IMG/VR virus record: IMGVR_UViG_3300007274_000026
Coordinates: 1 to 64,000 of that record
DNA from: a virus
Reading direction: 5' to 3' (one strand)
Length of the DNA stretch: 64,000 nucleotides
Positions 1 to 9,876 of the stretch are shown one piece after another. How positions within the stretch are numbered: position 1 is the first letter of the stretch; each line of letters opens with the position of its first letter. The notes below the pieces were generated by a model that worked only from the letters and a program-made list of their open reading frames with translations, was not told the DNA's origin and made no database searches. A program made the translations under genes and the position numbers.

Positions 1-2561
1 TAATCAGCCAGCTTTGGCATCGTTACCGACTCGTCTTCAAGACGTGCAGTTGGAAACTGTCCTGATGTGATCTTGTCTGCTGAAATTCCTGGAATCTGAC
101 CAGGAACCAAAATCGATTCACCTGCAGAGACGTGACCATATTCATCAACATCTACAGAGACATAAGTCCCAGCTGAAACAGACGAGGTTGAATGGGTGAT
201 GCTGCCGCTGCCATCAACTTGAAGGGGGTTTGCGTCTTGCGTAGGAACGCGAACGCCGCCAATCGTTGTATTGGTGGCAACAGGCAAGTCCGTAGCTGTA
301 AGCGCTACAGCGTTTGTAATGTGCCCGTGTTCGTCGTAGCTGATGCCGCTAACGCGGCCCTGAGAGATCAGAGTTAAATGATCAATCTCTCCTGTATTAC
401 TGACTGTTAAACCGCTGTTGGTGGGGACCGAGATAACGCCAACAGTGCTTGTGGTGGCTATCGGCAAGTCTTCTGGAGGAACTTGGCTAAAGCCGACGAC
501 ATGCCCGTGAGAATCCCAGGTGATGCCAGCTTGTGAACCAGCGTCGATGTCGTTGACGTGGCGAACGACGCCATCCAGCTCAAGCCCGCCACCAAAAGCA
601 CTGTCGGCAAACTTATCCGCCGTAACGCTGCCCGTATTTAACTTGGAGCCAGACACGCTGTTGACCTTTGCGTCGGTAACAGCTGCGTTAACTAGCTTGT
701 CCGTTGTAATACTGCCGTCGTTTATTTTTGCCTCATTTACTGCATCGTCAGCTATTTGATTTGTATCGATAGCCCCGTTAACTAGGATTGATCCAGGAAG
801 GTCGTCAGCTAGTTTTGCAGCTGTGACGCTTTTGCTTTTTAACTTATCCGTAGAAACGCTATTGCTTGCAAGCTTAGGTTCGGTGACGCTTGCATTGTTC
901 AGTGTACTTGTAGTGACTTGAAGTAAGCCAATGTGCCTTGTAAGGATCGCTTCTGAGTCGATTTTATTTGATGTAACAGCATTGCTCTGAATGGCTGCAG
1001 TATCGACAGAATTGTTTGCCAGCTCTTCTGCGCCAACCGCGTTTGGTCCTATTTCTGCACTTGAAATTGAATTGTTATCAATAATTGAACCATCGATGTC
1101 ATTTTCATTTAAGGTCATTTTGACCCTAGTTACAGCTCCATTTTTCAAGGAGTTAGTGCCCAATCCTTCGGTTACAATGTGCTGATCACCGATTTGCGAA
1201 TTAGCAATTTTGCTTGCTGTAACTGCATCGCTAGCGATAGCATTTGTGTCCACAGCATTATTGGCTAGCTCTGAAGCACCGACCGCGTTTGGTCCTATCT
1301 CTGTACTTGTAATTGAGTTTCCAACGATAACTGAGCCATCAATTTCATTCGCCTTTAGGGTCATCTTATCTCTGGTTACTGCTCCATCTTTTATGGAGCC
1401 AGTGCCCAATCCGCCGTCCACAATGTGCTCATCGCCGATCTGTGAATCAGCAATTTTGCCTGCGGTCACTGCATCACTAGCAATCGCGTTTGTGTCTACG
1501 GCACCGCTAGCCAGCTCTGAAGCGCCAACCGCGTTTGGTCCTATTTCTGCACTTGTAATCGAGTCGTTACTAATAACAGAACCATCAATGTCATTATCTT
1601 TTAGGGTCATTTTGGTGATAGTCACCGCCCCATCTTTTATGGAGTTAGTGCCCAATCCTTCGGTTACAATGTGCGCATCTCCAATTTGAGAATTAGCAAT
1701 CTTACTTGCAATAACTGCATCGTTCTGAATGGCGCTTGTGTCTACAGCATTGTTAGCTAGCTCTGAAGCCCCAACCGCACCCGGTCCTATTTCCGCGCTC
1801 GTGATTGAGTTCCCAGCAATAACGGAACCATTGATTTCATTTTCTTTCAGAGTCATTTTGACTCTGGTTATTGCTCCGTCTTTGATAGAATCAGTGTCCA
1901 ATCCATCGTCAATAATATGCTGGTCGCCGATTTGATCGTTAGCGATTTTATTTGCCGTGACTGCGGCCGTCTGGATTGCTGCAGTGTCCACAGCGTTATC
2001 AGCCAGCTCACTTGAACCAACTGCATTTGGTCCTATCTCCGCGCTACCAATAGTGTTGTTGTTAATAACAGACCCATCAATATCATTTGCATTAAGGGTC
2101 ATCTTGACCCGCGTAATTGCACCATCAGCTATGGAATTAGTGCCTAAGCCTGTTCCGATAATGTGCTCATCACCAATCTGATCGTTAGCGATCTTTGCTG
2201 CCGTCACGGCGTCTGCCTTTATGGCTGCCGCGTCTACAGCGTTATTAGCCAGTTCACTTGCGCCAATTGCATTTGGAGCAATTTCTGTTGCGGTCAAGCT
2301 ATTTGCAACGATCTTGACAGCCGCAACTGATCGATCCTTTAGTGCCGCGCCGCTGATCTTCCCAGTGTTTGCCGTGTCCCAATCAATCTTGCCCGGGTCA
2401 ACCGAACCGTCTGGTAAGTCTTCAAGCGCTCCGCCTACAAGCCCTGTCGCAGAGATTTTCTTGGTCTCAGACGCTGAAATATCAACAATCGCTAGGACGT
2501 CATCTTCCTCCAGCAGCGACGCTGGCAGCTCGATCAGCCTGGAAATCTCGGTATCAGGCAT
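1..2561 (-). CDS. Tail fibre / long repetitive structural protein, 3' end truncated by the window edge
   Basis: ATG at 2561 (MPDTEISRLIELPASLLEEDDVLAIVDISASETKKI). The same frame is open at position 1 (...GQFPTARLEDESVTMPKLAD). VT.xKIA/VDT.AI repeats; follows the tail genes. Missing from the ORF track because there is no stop in the window. Confidence 0.75.
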   Translation of the reverse strand, partial: MPDTEISRLIELPASLLEEDDVLAIVDISASETKKISATGLVGGALEDLPDGSVDPGKIDWDTANTGKISGAALKDRSVAAVKIVANSLTATEIAPNAIGASELANNAVDAAAIKADAVTAAKIANDQIGDEHIIGTGLGTNSIADGAITRVKMTLNANDIDGSVINNNTIGSAEIGPNAVGSSELADNAVDTAAIQTAAVTANKIANDQIGDQHIIDDGLDTDSIKDGAITRVKMTLKENEINGSVIAGNSITSAEIGPGAVGASELANNAVDTSAIQNDAVIASKIANSQIGDAHIVTEGLGTNSIKDGAVTITKMTLKDNDIDGSVISNDSITSAEIGPNAVGASELASGAVDTNAIASDAVTAGKIADSQIGDEHIVDGGLGTGSIKDGAVTRDKMTLKANEIDGSVIVGNSITSTEIGPNAVGASELANNAVDTNAIASDAVTASKIANSQIGDQHIVTEGLGTNSLKNGAVTRVKMTLNENDIDGSIIDNNSISSAEIGPNAVGAEELANNSVDTAAIQSNAVTSNKIDSEAILTRHIGLLQVTTSTLNNASVTEPKLASNSVSTDKLKSKSVTAAKLADDLPGSILVNGAIDTNQIADDAVNEAKINDGSITTDKLVNAAVTDAKVNSVSGSKLNTGSVTADKFADSAFGGGLELDGVVRHVNDIDAGSQAGITWDSHGHVVGFSQVPPEDLPIATTSTVGVISVPTNSGLTVSNTGEIDHLTLISQGRVSGISYDEHGHITNAVALTATDLPVATNTTIGGVRVPTQDANPLQVDGSGSITHSTSSVSAGTYVSVDVDEYGHVSAGESILVPGQIPGISADKITSGQFPTARLEDESVTMPKLAD
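930..2340 (-). repeat. About 6 tandem 246-bp (82-aa) degenerate repeats inside the tail fibre gene
   Basis: The element GC..CC.ACCGC.TTTGGTCCTAT recurs every 246 bp; equivalent positions are at 991, 1237, 1483, 1729, 1975 and 2221. Confidence 0.85.
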
Positions 2562-2594
2562 TGGCCAAGACGAACAGCTTTAAAGCCAGTTTAC

Positions 2595-3473
2595 TTAGCC
2601 CAGAGGAGAGACAAAAATGCCGCTGCCGTCTTCCTGCAGAAGCTTGGCTGGCTCCTCTGTAAGCAGGTAACTTGGTGGTTCGCCAATTAGAAGCTTGAAC
2701 GGACCAGTGGTGACAAAGTCGATAGACGACTCGATGACCTCTGCAGCTGCAACCGTGACCGTGACGTTCGTCACGATGCAGTCCGCCTCATACCAAACAG
2801 AGTTTCTGTCAGCTCTCGCGTCGGGTTCACTGGCAGCCGCGTAAACATAAAACCGCCCAAAGAAGTCAGCGCCCTGAACGAGACGGATGCAAAGCTGCGC
2901 AAGGTAAACAGGCAACTCAGCGCCACTGCACCCGCTTGGGTCGCAAAGCTCATGAGCATGGTCCCAAAGGCAGTCAAGCCGCCCTTGTCCTGTGATCAGC
3001 CCTGACTCAAAGCGCTGGCGGAATTCACTTGTTAAAACCGTTGTGTCGACAGTTTCACGTTCAGTTGTAAATTCATACGATCTAATCCGAGCAAGAGACG
3101 AGTATCTTGTCCCCCGAGTTTGGATGTAAATCTTTTGATCAGTGCTTGGATTTTTTAGCTCAATTGCTTTGCTGGCTTCGCCTGCGATTGCATCATTGAA
3201 ACGATCATATAAACGAATCCCGCCCATGATGTCGATAAAAATATAACCGCGCCAATCGCGCCTTTTATGACCAACAATGAAATCCAGCTTGCCCTTAGGG
3301 ACAAGGACAATATCAACTTGATCACCTGAAATCAATTCGCCACGGATGTCCTCAGGAAAACTAAAGCGCCTGCGTTCAGGGTTTACGTCAGCGACACCGA
3401 CGGTGGCCTGAATACCGGTGGCAGCCGTGCGTTTTAGCTCAACCAGACCGCTGTCTCCTAGGTAGACAGTCAT
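2595..3473 (-). CDS. Tail/baseplate structural protein with tail-tube-like C-terminal half
   Basis: 292 aa, MTVYLGDSGLVELKR...; C-terminal part (YEFTTERETVDTT...IESSIDFVTTG) resembles tube-type beta folds; lies in the tail operon. Confidence 0.55.
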   Translation of the reverse strand: MTVYLGDSGLVELKRTAATGIQATVGVADVNPERRRFSFPEDIRGELISGDQVDIVLVPKGKLDFIVGHKRRDWRGYIFIDIMGGIRLYDRFNDAIAGEASKAIELKNPSTDQKIYIQTRGTRYSSLARIRSYEFTTERETVDTTVLTSEFRQRFESGLITGQGRLDCLWDHAHELCDPSGCSGAELPVYLAQLCIRLVQGADFFGRFYVYAAASEPDARADRNSVWYEADCIVTNVTVTVAAAEVIESSIDFVTTGPFKLLIGEPPSYLLTEEPAKLLQEDGSGIFVSPLG

Positions 3474-3477
3474 TCAA

Positions 3478-3963
3478 TCAAAGGTTCCAAACGTCAGGAG
3501 CGCCGTGCCCAGTCCATGCAATATCAGCGCTAACAACTTCACCGACAGAACAAGTCATGTTGAAGGCGGTGATGACAGCAAACATTTCGATAATCCTGCT
3601 GTTTCCTGACCCGCCTCGATTGTCGAGCTTAAGTTGTAGTTTGACGGTTTCTGGCTTGTTTGCTGTATTTCCAAACTCTGCATTTGTGTAACCACTATTT
3701 CCCGCCTTGAAAGTGTCCCTTGTAATGTTTTCAATGTCAGTAACGCTATTAGTTCCAGTGTTGTAATAAAGCAAGGTGGCGGTTCCAGAGTAACTTCTAA
3801 GCCCCGGCAAAATTGTTTTATCTAAATCCATCAGACACGTTGTATCAACAGTGTCGGTCGTTGCGCTCACGGTCCAGTCACGCATCCGCCCGATTTCACG
3901 ATACGAGCTTGCATCGGCGTCCTTGATGCTTAGCTTGCCGTTACGGCCTGAAAAATAAGACAT
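3478..3963 (-). CDS. Tail tube-like structural protein
   Basis: 161 aa with SG.NG, W.V.ATTDTVDTT, G.A.LLYY and GEVVSADI.W.G motifs typical of tube-fold proteins. Confidence 0.55.
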   Translation of the reverse strand: MSYFSGRNGKLSIKDADASSYREIGRMRDWTVSATTDTVDTTCLMDLDKTILPGLRSYSGTATLLYYNTGTNSVTDIENITRDTFKAGNSGYTNAEFGNTANKPETVKLQLKLDNRGGSGNSRIIEMFAVITAFNMTCSVGEVVSADIAWTGHGAPDVWNL

Positions 3964-3987
3964 GATGCGGGCAGTAATAACGCCATT

Positions 3988-4386
3988 CTAAGCGCCGTAT
4001 AAATAACCAATGAAGGAGCACGTCACCGTGCTGAGCCCTGGGTAAACGCTGGTGACCTCAGGCGGTCCGTTGTAGCGATACTTCAGCAGCTCCCGCCCTG
4101 TCTCCATTTTGCTTTGCAGCTTTGCGCCCATCCCCCCTAAGCCCCGTGTGTCGCCGAACAGGACGTTGTCATCACCGCTCATGCTGTTGTAGTGAGTCAG
4201 GATGTCAGCAGCTTCTGCGTCAGTAATGTTGGCAAAGGTCAGCGTAAGCTCTGCATTGACAAAGGCGCCGCCAAACTGGACAAAGCTCACGGCACCGTTC
4301 TGGCCAGTAAAGACCGTCTCAGGGATACGTCCTGGCTTATAGCTTCGTGCTGTTGGCGTTAGCTGAGGGAATTGCGTGGAAGCCAT
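3988..4386 (-). CDS. Distal tail / minor tail protein (lambda gpM-like)
   Basis: 132 aa, FP.LTPTARSY.PG...LTLTFANITDA..ILTHY; position next to the tail tip gene. Confidence 0.5.
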   Translation of the reverse strand: MASTQFPQLTPTARSYKPGRIPETVFTGQNGAVSFVQFGGAFVNAELTLTFANITDAEAADILTHYNSMSGDDNVLFGDTRGLGGMGAKLQSKMETGRELLKYRYNGPPEVTSVYPGLSTVTCSFIGYLYGA

Positions 4387-7300
4387 TAAGCCACTTCCTC
4401 AATGAAGTCGTTGTTACTCCAGTCTAAGATTGCAAAAGTGCCTGCAGACGTCAGAGGAGCATGGCTGCCTGATACCGATACCAAGCCATCATCTGAATAA
4501 CTCAAGGTCTCAACCTTGTAGACCCGGCTGCTTTCTGATTCCTGCACTTTTGCCCAAAGCGTTCCAAACAAGTATCTTTGCGTCGTCTTTTTCCCTGCAA
4601 AAGTCAGATTCCCTGTTTGGGTTGTCGTGCTGCCAGGCTTCCAGTAAACGACTTGGAATGAGGAATTATTCACATTTTCGCTTGAAATCACGTCACCCCC
4701 ATCCGTAACTGAACCGCTTTGGAAGCGGTCGGTGTGAGTCACCTTGCTAGCGACCTTGAAGTATTGACCCGGTTCAAGGTTCATTGCTGACTGCGGCGTG
4801 GTCTCAAAGGTGATGCCATGGTCAACTTTCTCCCGCAGCTTTAAGGCAATGCGGCCAAACCAGCGAGCCTGCTCTTCGCTAGTGCAGAACTGAGTCATAT
4901 CAAATTCTTCGATAGGGTCGCTGTCATGGTTTCCACCAGGCAGGCGAATCGTCATGGTTCGCGTTTCGGCAAAGCTATTAGGCTTTTCCTGCCTGTAAAG
5001 CATCACCGCTTTAAATGGTTGACGCTCTTCAGGTGAAAGGAAAGTCACTTTCATGTTCCGCATATTTGTGTCGGTAAACAATGCGCGTATGTTGGGCTTG
5101 CCCTTTTTATTGATTTTCCAAAACGAGTCGTATGGCACCGAAGGAATCAAAGAAAATTTTCCGCCTTTAATTGTAAAATCACAAAGAATAAAGCCAGCAT
5201 TTGCAAAGATGAATTCACGCAGGTTTAGGTTGTCAGCAATGACCCCATCCCAAAAAAAGTTATTTCTTCCGCAAAACATTGCGGCTCTAGCCATTGCTTC
5301 TCTGTCGCAGGATGCCGCTCCAATGAGCTTGCCTGCGCCAATTCGCTCATCAGTCAGCAATGCATAGGCAATCTCAGGAAACAGGTTAGTTGGGCCCTTG
5401 GAGCCGCGTCCGTCACCTGTTAACAAGTGCTCAACTTGAATACCCTTAGAAATCCATGCCGAGAGGTTATTGAAGCTTGTCCACTCCTTGGAGTTGGTGA
5501 TCTTGATGCCACACAAAGCCAGATCGTTGTATTTTGGAGGGTTGCTTGCGTTTTGCTCAATAATCTCATTGCAAAACACCACGTTATGCTCAGGGCCTCC
5601 AGCATGACTGCTGTTGTCAGTTGAATTGATGAAGTAATCGCAGATGGCATTTAAAGGGGAATGATTCCTGCCTTTTTCAACCATGTTGTTGTAACCTGCA
5701 TCCCAGTCTTCGTCGTCAAGTCCGTAATCAATTCCCGTGACTTTTGTGACTTTTGAGCCCGCCTTGCCTTCAAAGTTAATTTTTACGGGTTCACCCACTT
5801 CGTAATTCTTGCCTGGGTTTCTTAGCTTCCATGTAGCAGCTCCGCTTTTGTACTCGGTAACCCTCACTGTGGCATCCTTGCCGCCGCCTTTCTCTTTCTG
5901 TGAAACCAACGCAGTTGTGTAAGTTTCTTTGGGTTCGGTTTCGGTGATTACGTTATATCTAATGATACTATATTCCCCAGGAACTTCAGCCCGAAGTTTT
6001 TGTCTTTCAATTTCATACGTCTCAGGAATAATGTCGATAAACTGATAAGTTAAATCCCACTCTTCGTACTGCATTCCTGTGACTTTTTCAGTGAGTACTT
6101 TGTAGCAAGGAAACTTACCACCTTCAATTCTCCCAACCATTGGCGGACTGCTTTCATTTGTGCCAGTAGCGCTATACCAAATATTGCCGGGCCCTCTAAT
6201 GTTCATTTTGTTGCCGTTCCATTCAACCGCCGGACCTTGATAAAGCTTTTCGCCGGCAACAAATAGCTTCAACAAAGGAACATCTTTCGTTTGATTGGGG
6301 TTATTTGGATTGCGAATTTGAACTGTGTTTTGATAGACCGCACCATCTGTCACGCAATCTGCAACGTTTGCGTCCTTGTCAGGATCACAATCACGAGACC
6401 TTCCAAGACTTTCTCTGGTTTCAGGCCTATATTCTTGCCTCACAGTATCAGCCTTGTAGCGAGGATCCTTCCCGCGTATGCCACCAGAAGTGCTAACGCC
6501 TTTCATGTATAAGTAACGACTTCCGCTTCTTCCAAGGAGACTATTATTTTTGAAAAACTCATACCAACCATCTTTAAATCTTACGCCTGTTTGGGGTCTT
6601 TTATTGACACCATCGGGCTTGTAGACGTTTTGGTAGCTTTCATCATCAGTATATTTCCAGCCCTCGCTTGATCTTTTAATTAGATTGCCATTGTCGTTTT
6701 CATCTTGTGCAACTCTGTACCTGACAGTTTTGCCCCTTTCCTTCCACGTTTTAGTAAGGTGGTTCTGGCGATGAATTTCCGAGTTGTTCCACATCCATCG
6801 GTAAGTGTTTGTGCCTGGAATTTTGTAAACACAAGTCACCATTCCGTTATTGCTTTTTTCTCCCTGATAAATGTCAACGACGTAAACAGATGTCTCAGGA
6901 TTAAAAACCCACTTCTCTGGACTGTATTCCACTTCTTGTCTGCCGCGTTCGTATATTCCAATTGCATTATCATCTTCAACGATTCGGATCCTTTCGCCTT
7001 CAGGGGTGATAGGACCTTTTTGCACGTGAGCCCAAATATATTGATACTGCCTAACGCCTTGATTGTTTTTGGTAACTCTAACTAGATGGCTACCAGGAAC
7101 TTTGTATCTCTCGGACTCTTTGTCAAGAATTTCATTTGTTTTTGGATCTTTGCCATTACTGTAATCATTGATTGCAGTAATTGGCCCATTTCTTTTGTAG
7201 TCTTTTAACTCGGCTTCGTTAAGTATCCATTCAGGATTGCTTGCATCGTCGCGAGTAATTACTTTGGTGACTCCTGTATAACGGACACGATAGTCGGATC

Positions 7301-9113
7301 TAGCTATAGTTTCGCTGCTGGCCTTATACAGTTCAGTGCCAGTCAGCAGTCTGACTGTGATGCTTCCTGCGCTGCTTGATAACGCTTTGTAAAACTTTGC
7401 GCCAGGGACGGGGACAATTTTGAATTCTTGCGCAGTTGGTCTGACTGAGGGGTGGTCAATATAAATAGTGTTGTACTGAGCAATAGGTGAAGTGCCGCGC
7501 ACTGCAAACGGTGTGCTACCTGTAATGTCAATCCAACTAGTGGCGCCCACCTCGCGGGCATACAACGTGAAAAAGCTATAGCGCTTTGTGTATTTGGTGA
7601 TTTGTCCAACACTGATCTGCCCGCCGTCGTGCTCATATTCCTCAATAGTGTCTTTTGTTGGAAAGGCATTGAAATTTATAGATCCGGTGATCTGACGCCA
7701 AACCTCTGATTTAATCCCAATCTCTGTGGCATTGCAGGGGCGATTGTTTGAAAGGCTGGCAATTGAAACTTGCTGGATCGTTTCGCGTTCCCAAGGGTTT
7801 GCCCCGCCTTTATCTCCATCAGTGTCGCCTAAAGTTCCATTGTTGGCATTGGAAAATTCAACATCGCCACCATTGTCAAGGCGGAGTGTGTATCTGAATT
7901 GCTCGTTGGATTCTGGCGCCCACACTCCGCTCTGAGAACGCCAAACAACACGCCCCAAATGAGTGCCAACCATGAAGTCCTGATTAGGCTGCAATCTTTC
8001 ATCCGCTGCTGTACGTCGCTCATTCATGATCGACGCAACGTCACTCAAGCCCCACGGGCGCAAATCATCAGGGTCAATGGCTGACCCACCAGGCCTAAAA
8101 TCAGGGCCATTATCAATGGCATATGTATAGTCTGACCCCCTCCTAGAAATTATTCCGCAATAGCTGGCATAAGGGCGACCAAGCTTTTCGCGCTTAGCGC
8201 GGCTGTCTTCTTTTGCTTGGCTACCAGTGCCATCAACCACCATCACCAGCTCAAACGGAAGGTAAAACCGATGGCCATTGGCAATTGGGTTATGGCAACC
8301 AAACTGCGTTTTAGTTGACGGAGTGCGCGTGCCCGAAAAGAACGGTTCAAAAGTTTTGCTCTTGCCAGAGTAAACACTAAAAGCATCAGCCGTGTCTCTG
8401 ACTATTAACTTTGTTTCGTCGTAATCGTCGTTCTTGCCAATACGATGACCTGTTCCTTTTTTTGCGCTATCACGAAAATACAGTTTGAACTTTGCATAAT
8501 CGAAATCCCTTAACAGCAAATCACCAATAGCAAAGCCATTGATGTCAGGCTTTGCCCCTAACTGGCCCATCCCAAAGGTCAGCAGGGCGTGAAGGATTTG
8601 ATTGTTGCCACTGCTCAGCATTTGAGACAAGAGCAAGTCAGTCTCTACGCGAATACCGCCGTATTCGCTCCCATCAGGCTGCTTTTGGTGGTCAGCAAAA
8701 ATCAGTGGAATAGTCTCGCCCAGGCTAGCTAGCTGCTGAACGCTGTCGAAATTATTGCTTTTGGAATATCGCGTGCGGCCACGGGAGCCAGCAATATCAA
8801 GACGACGCTGCTGCTTTTGCTCTTGTGCTTTTGGCTTGGGTGCCAAGAGCATGCCGATTGCCGTTAGCGCAATGCCAATGACAAGGTTGATTAGGATTGG
8901 GGCAACTGGAGCATTCCTGATGTCAGGTATGTGGTCATACTCTTTTCCCCGTTCTTTCAGCGTCTCTTGCGCTGCAAAAATAAATTCCCAATACTCATCA
9001 GGCGTAATGCCTAGCGATTCACAAAGATCTAATTCATAGGGCAATAAAATGCGACGACCGGAAGGACGTCTGTGGGGGACCATCTCACCACCGACTCGTA
9101 GAAGTGGATCCAT
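4386..9113 (-). CDS. Tail tip / central fibre host-specificity protein (gpJ-like); true start probably near 9045
   Basis: 1575-aa ORF with QQLASLGETIPLIF, NLFPEIAYALLTD, FFWDGVI, FET.P and LEPGQYF motifs; downstream of the NlpC/P60 and gpL-like genes. Confidence 0.75.
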   Translation of the reverse strand: MDPLLRVGGEMVPHRRPSGRRILLPYELDLCESLGITPDEYWEFIFAAQETLKERGKEYDHIPDIRNAPVAPILINLVIGIALTAIGMLLAPKPKAQEQKQQRRLDIAGSRGRTRYSKSNNFDSVQQLASLGETIPLIFADHQKQPDGSEYGGIRVETDLLLSQMLSSGNNQILHALLTFGMGQLGAKPDINGFAIGDLLLRDFDYAKFKLYFRDSAKKGTGHRIGKNDDYDETKLIVRDTADAFSVYSGKSKTFEPFFSGTRTPSTKTQFGCHNPIANGHRFYLPFELVMVVDGTGSQAKEDSRAKREKLGRPYASYCGIISRRGSDYTYAIDNGPDFRPGGSAIDPDDLRPWGLSDVASIMNERRTAADERLQPNQDFMVGTHLGRVVWRSQSGVWAPESNEQFRYTLRLDNGGDVEFSNANNGTLGDTDGDKGGANPWERETIQQVSIASLSNNRPCNATEIGIKSEVWRQITGSINFNAFPTKDTIEEYEHDGGQISVGQITKYTKRYSFFTLYAREVGATSWIDITGSTPFAVRGTSPIAQYNTIYIDHPSVRPTAQEFKIVPVPGAKFYKALSSSAGSITVRLLTGTELYKASSETIARSDYRVRYTGVTKVITRDDASNPEWILNEAELKDYKRNGPITAINDYSNGKDPKTNEILDKESERYKVPGSHLVRVTKNNQGVRQYQYIWAHVQKGPITPEGERIRIVEDDNAIGIYERGRQEVEYSPEKWVFNPETSVYVVDIYQGEKSNNGMVTCVYKIPGTNTYRWMWNNSEIHRQNHLTKTWKERGKTVRYRVAQDENDNGNLIKRSSEGWKYTDDESYQNVYKPDGVNKRPQTGVRFKDGWYEFFKNNSLLGRSGSRYLYMKGVSTSGGIRGKDPRYKADTVRQEYRPETRESLGRSRDCDPDKDANVADCVTDGAVYQNTVQIRNPNNPNQTKDVPLLKLFVAGEKLYQGPAVEWNGNKMNIRGPGNIWYSATGTNESSPPMVGRIEGGKFPCYKVLTEKVTGMQYEEWDLTYQFIDIIPETYEIERQKLRAEVPGEYSIIRYNVITETEPKETYTTALVSQKEKGGGKDATVRVTEYKSGAATWKLRNPGKNYEVGEPVKINFEGKAGSKVTKVTGIDYGLDDEDWDAGYNNMVEKGRNHSPLNAICDYFINSTDNSSHAGGPEHNVVFCNEIIEQNASNPPKYNDLALCGIKITNSKEWTSFNNLSAWISKGIQVEHLLTGDGRGSKGPTNLFPEIAYALLTDERIGAGKLIGAASCDREAMARAAMFCGRNNFFWDGVIADNLNLREFIFANAGFILCDFTIKGGKFSLIPSVPYDSFWKINKKGKPNIRALFTDTNMRNMKVTFLSPEERQPFKAVMLYRQEKPNSFAETRTMTIRLPGGNHDSDPIEEFDMTQFCTSEEQARWFGRIALKLREKVDHGITFETTPQSAMNLEPGQYFKVASKVTHTDRFQSGSVTDGGDVISSENVNNSSFQVVYWKPGSTTTQTGNLTFAGKKTTQRYLFGTLWAKVQESESSRVYKVETLSYSDDGLVSVSGSHAPLTSAGTFAILDWSNNDFIEEVA

Positions 9114-9403
9114 CCGCCCTCAAAGTAACTAGCCATGCCCAATCCAAAATCGGATTGACAGAGGGCAACTGTCACAAGTTTAGGTGCATCTACAGCAACA
9201 CCCCAGCGTTCAAGCTCCTCCTGGAACACGCTGGTATCGCCCCGTCTTAAGCGCCGATACCAAGCCCGCTGAGCCGGTGGGGTTTCAATCCCTTGGTATT
9301 GCAAAACGGCTTTTGCCAACGACAAGCAATCAGCAGCACCATGCTTTTCAGGGCTAGCTCCCAACCTGTATTTCATGCCAATCAGGTTGTAAGGATGGAT
9401 CAC
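9029..9403 (-). CDS. NlpC/P60-like tail assembly protein (gpK-like)
   Basis: LIG..YRLGA...ADCL motif with catalytic Cys; canonical position between gpL-like and gpJ-like genes. Confidence 0.7.
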   Translation of the reverse strand: MIHPYNLIGMKYRLGASPEKHGAADCLSLAKAVLQYQGIETPPAQRAWYRRLRRGDTSVFQEELERWGVAVDAPKLVTVALCQSDFGLGMASYFEGGWIHFYESVVRWSPTDVLPVVAFYCPMN

Positions 9404-9876
9404 TGCGATTGGATGTTGGCTGTCACTGGCAAGCTGCCAACTAGATCACGGGTCAGGACTCGGGTCGGAGCATTAGCGCCAACGGCATCAATACCGCTAC
9501 TAAGGATGATTTCCATGACTTGATTGTCGTAGCTCAGTGAGGCTGCAATCCAATCCTCAATCGTGAGCACCCGTGAAACAGTGCCGTTATCCCTTAACAC
9601 CGCTGAATAAACGCGGACATGCCAGCGGTTGTTTACGGCTTCAGCTGCAATGCCGCTGCTGATCTCATTAACTGAAACCATCATCTGCGCTTCTAGGTTG
9701 TCGCCGGTCCTGTTCTTCGCTGCGCCTTGGTAGACAAAACTCAAATAGCTGTAGGTAATCCCTTGGTATTCCAGCGTTGTGCCCGGCATTGAATTGTGAT
9801 ACCTGCCTTTATTCCGTTCGCTGCCACCGCTCATGGCATACATCTGTACGAAGTTGGCAAGACGGATGTAGCTCAT
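9400..9876 (-). CDS. Minor tail protein (gpL-like)
   Basis: 158 aa, YSYLSF.YQGA...LSSGIDAVGANAP.R.LT..LVG.LP; ATGA overlap with the tape measure gene. Confidence 0.6.
   Translation of the reverse strand: MSYIRLANFVQMYAMSGGSERNKGRYHNSMPGTTLEYQGITYSYLSFVYQGAAKNRTGDNLEAQMMVSVNEISSGIAAEAVNNRWHVRVYSAVLRDNGTVSRVLTIEDWIAASLSYDNQVMEIILSSGIDAVGANAPTRVLTRDLVGSLPVTANIQSQ

Noticed and set aside
192-2662. Plus-strand ORFs over the first 2.6 kb
   Set aside because: They are antisense shadows of the minus-strand tail fibre gene.
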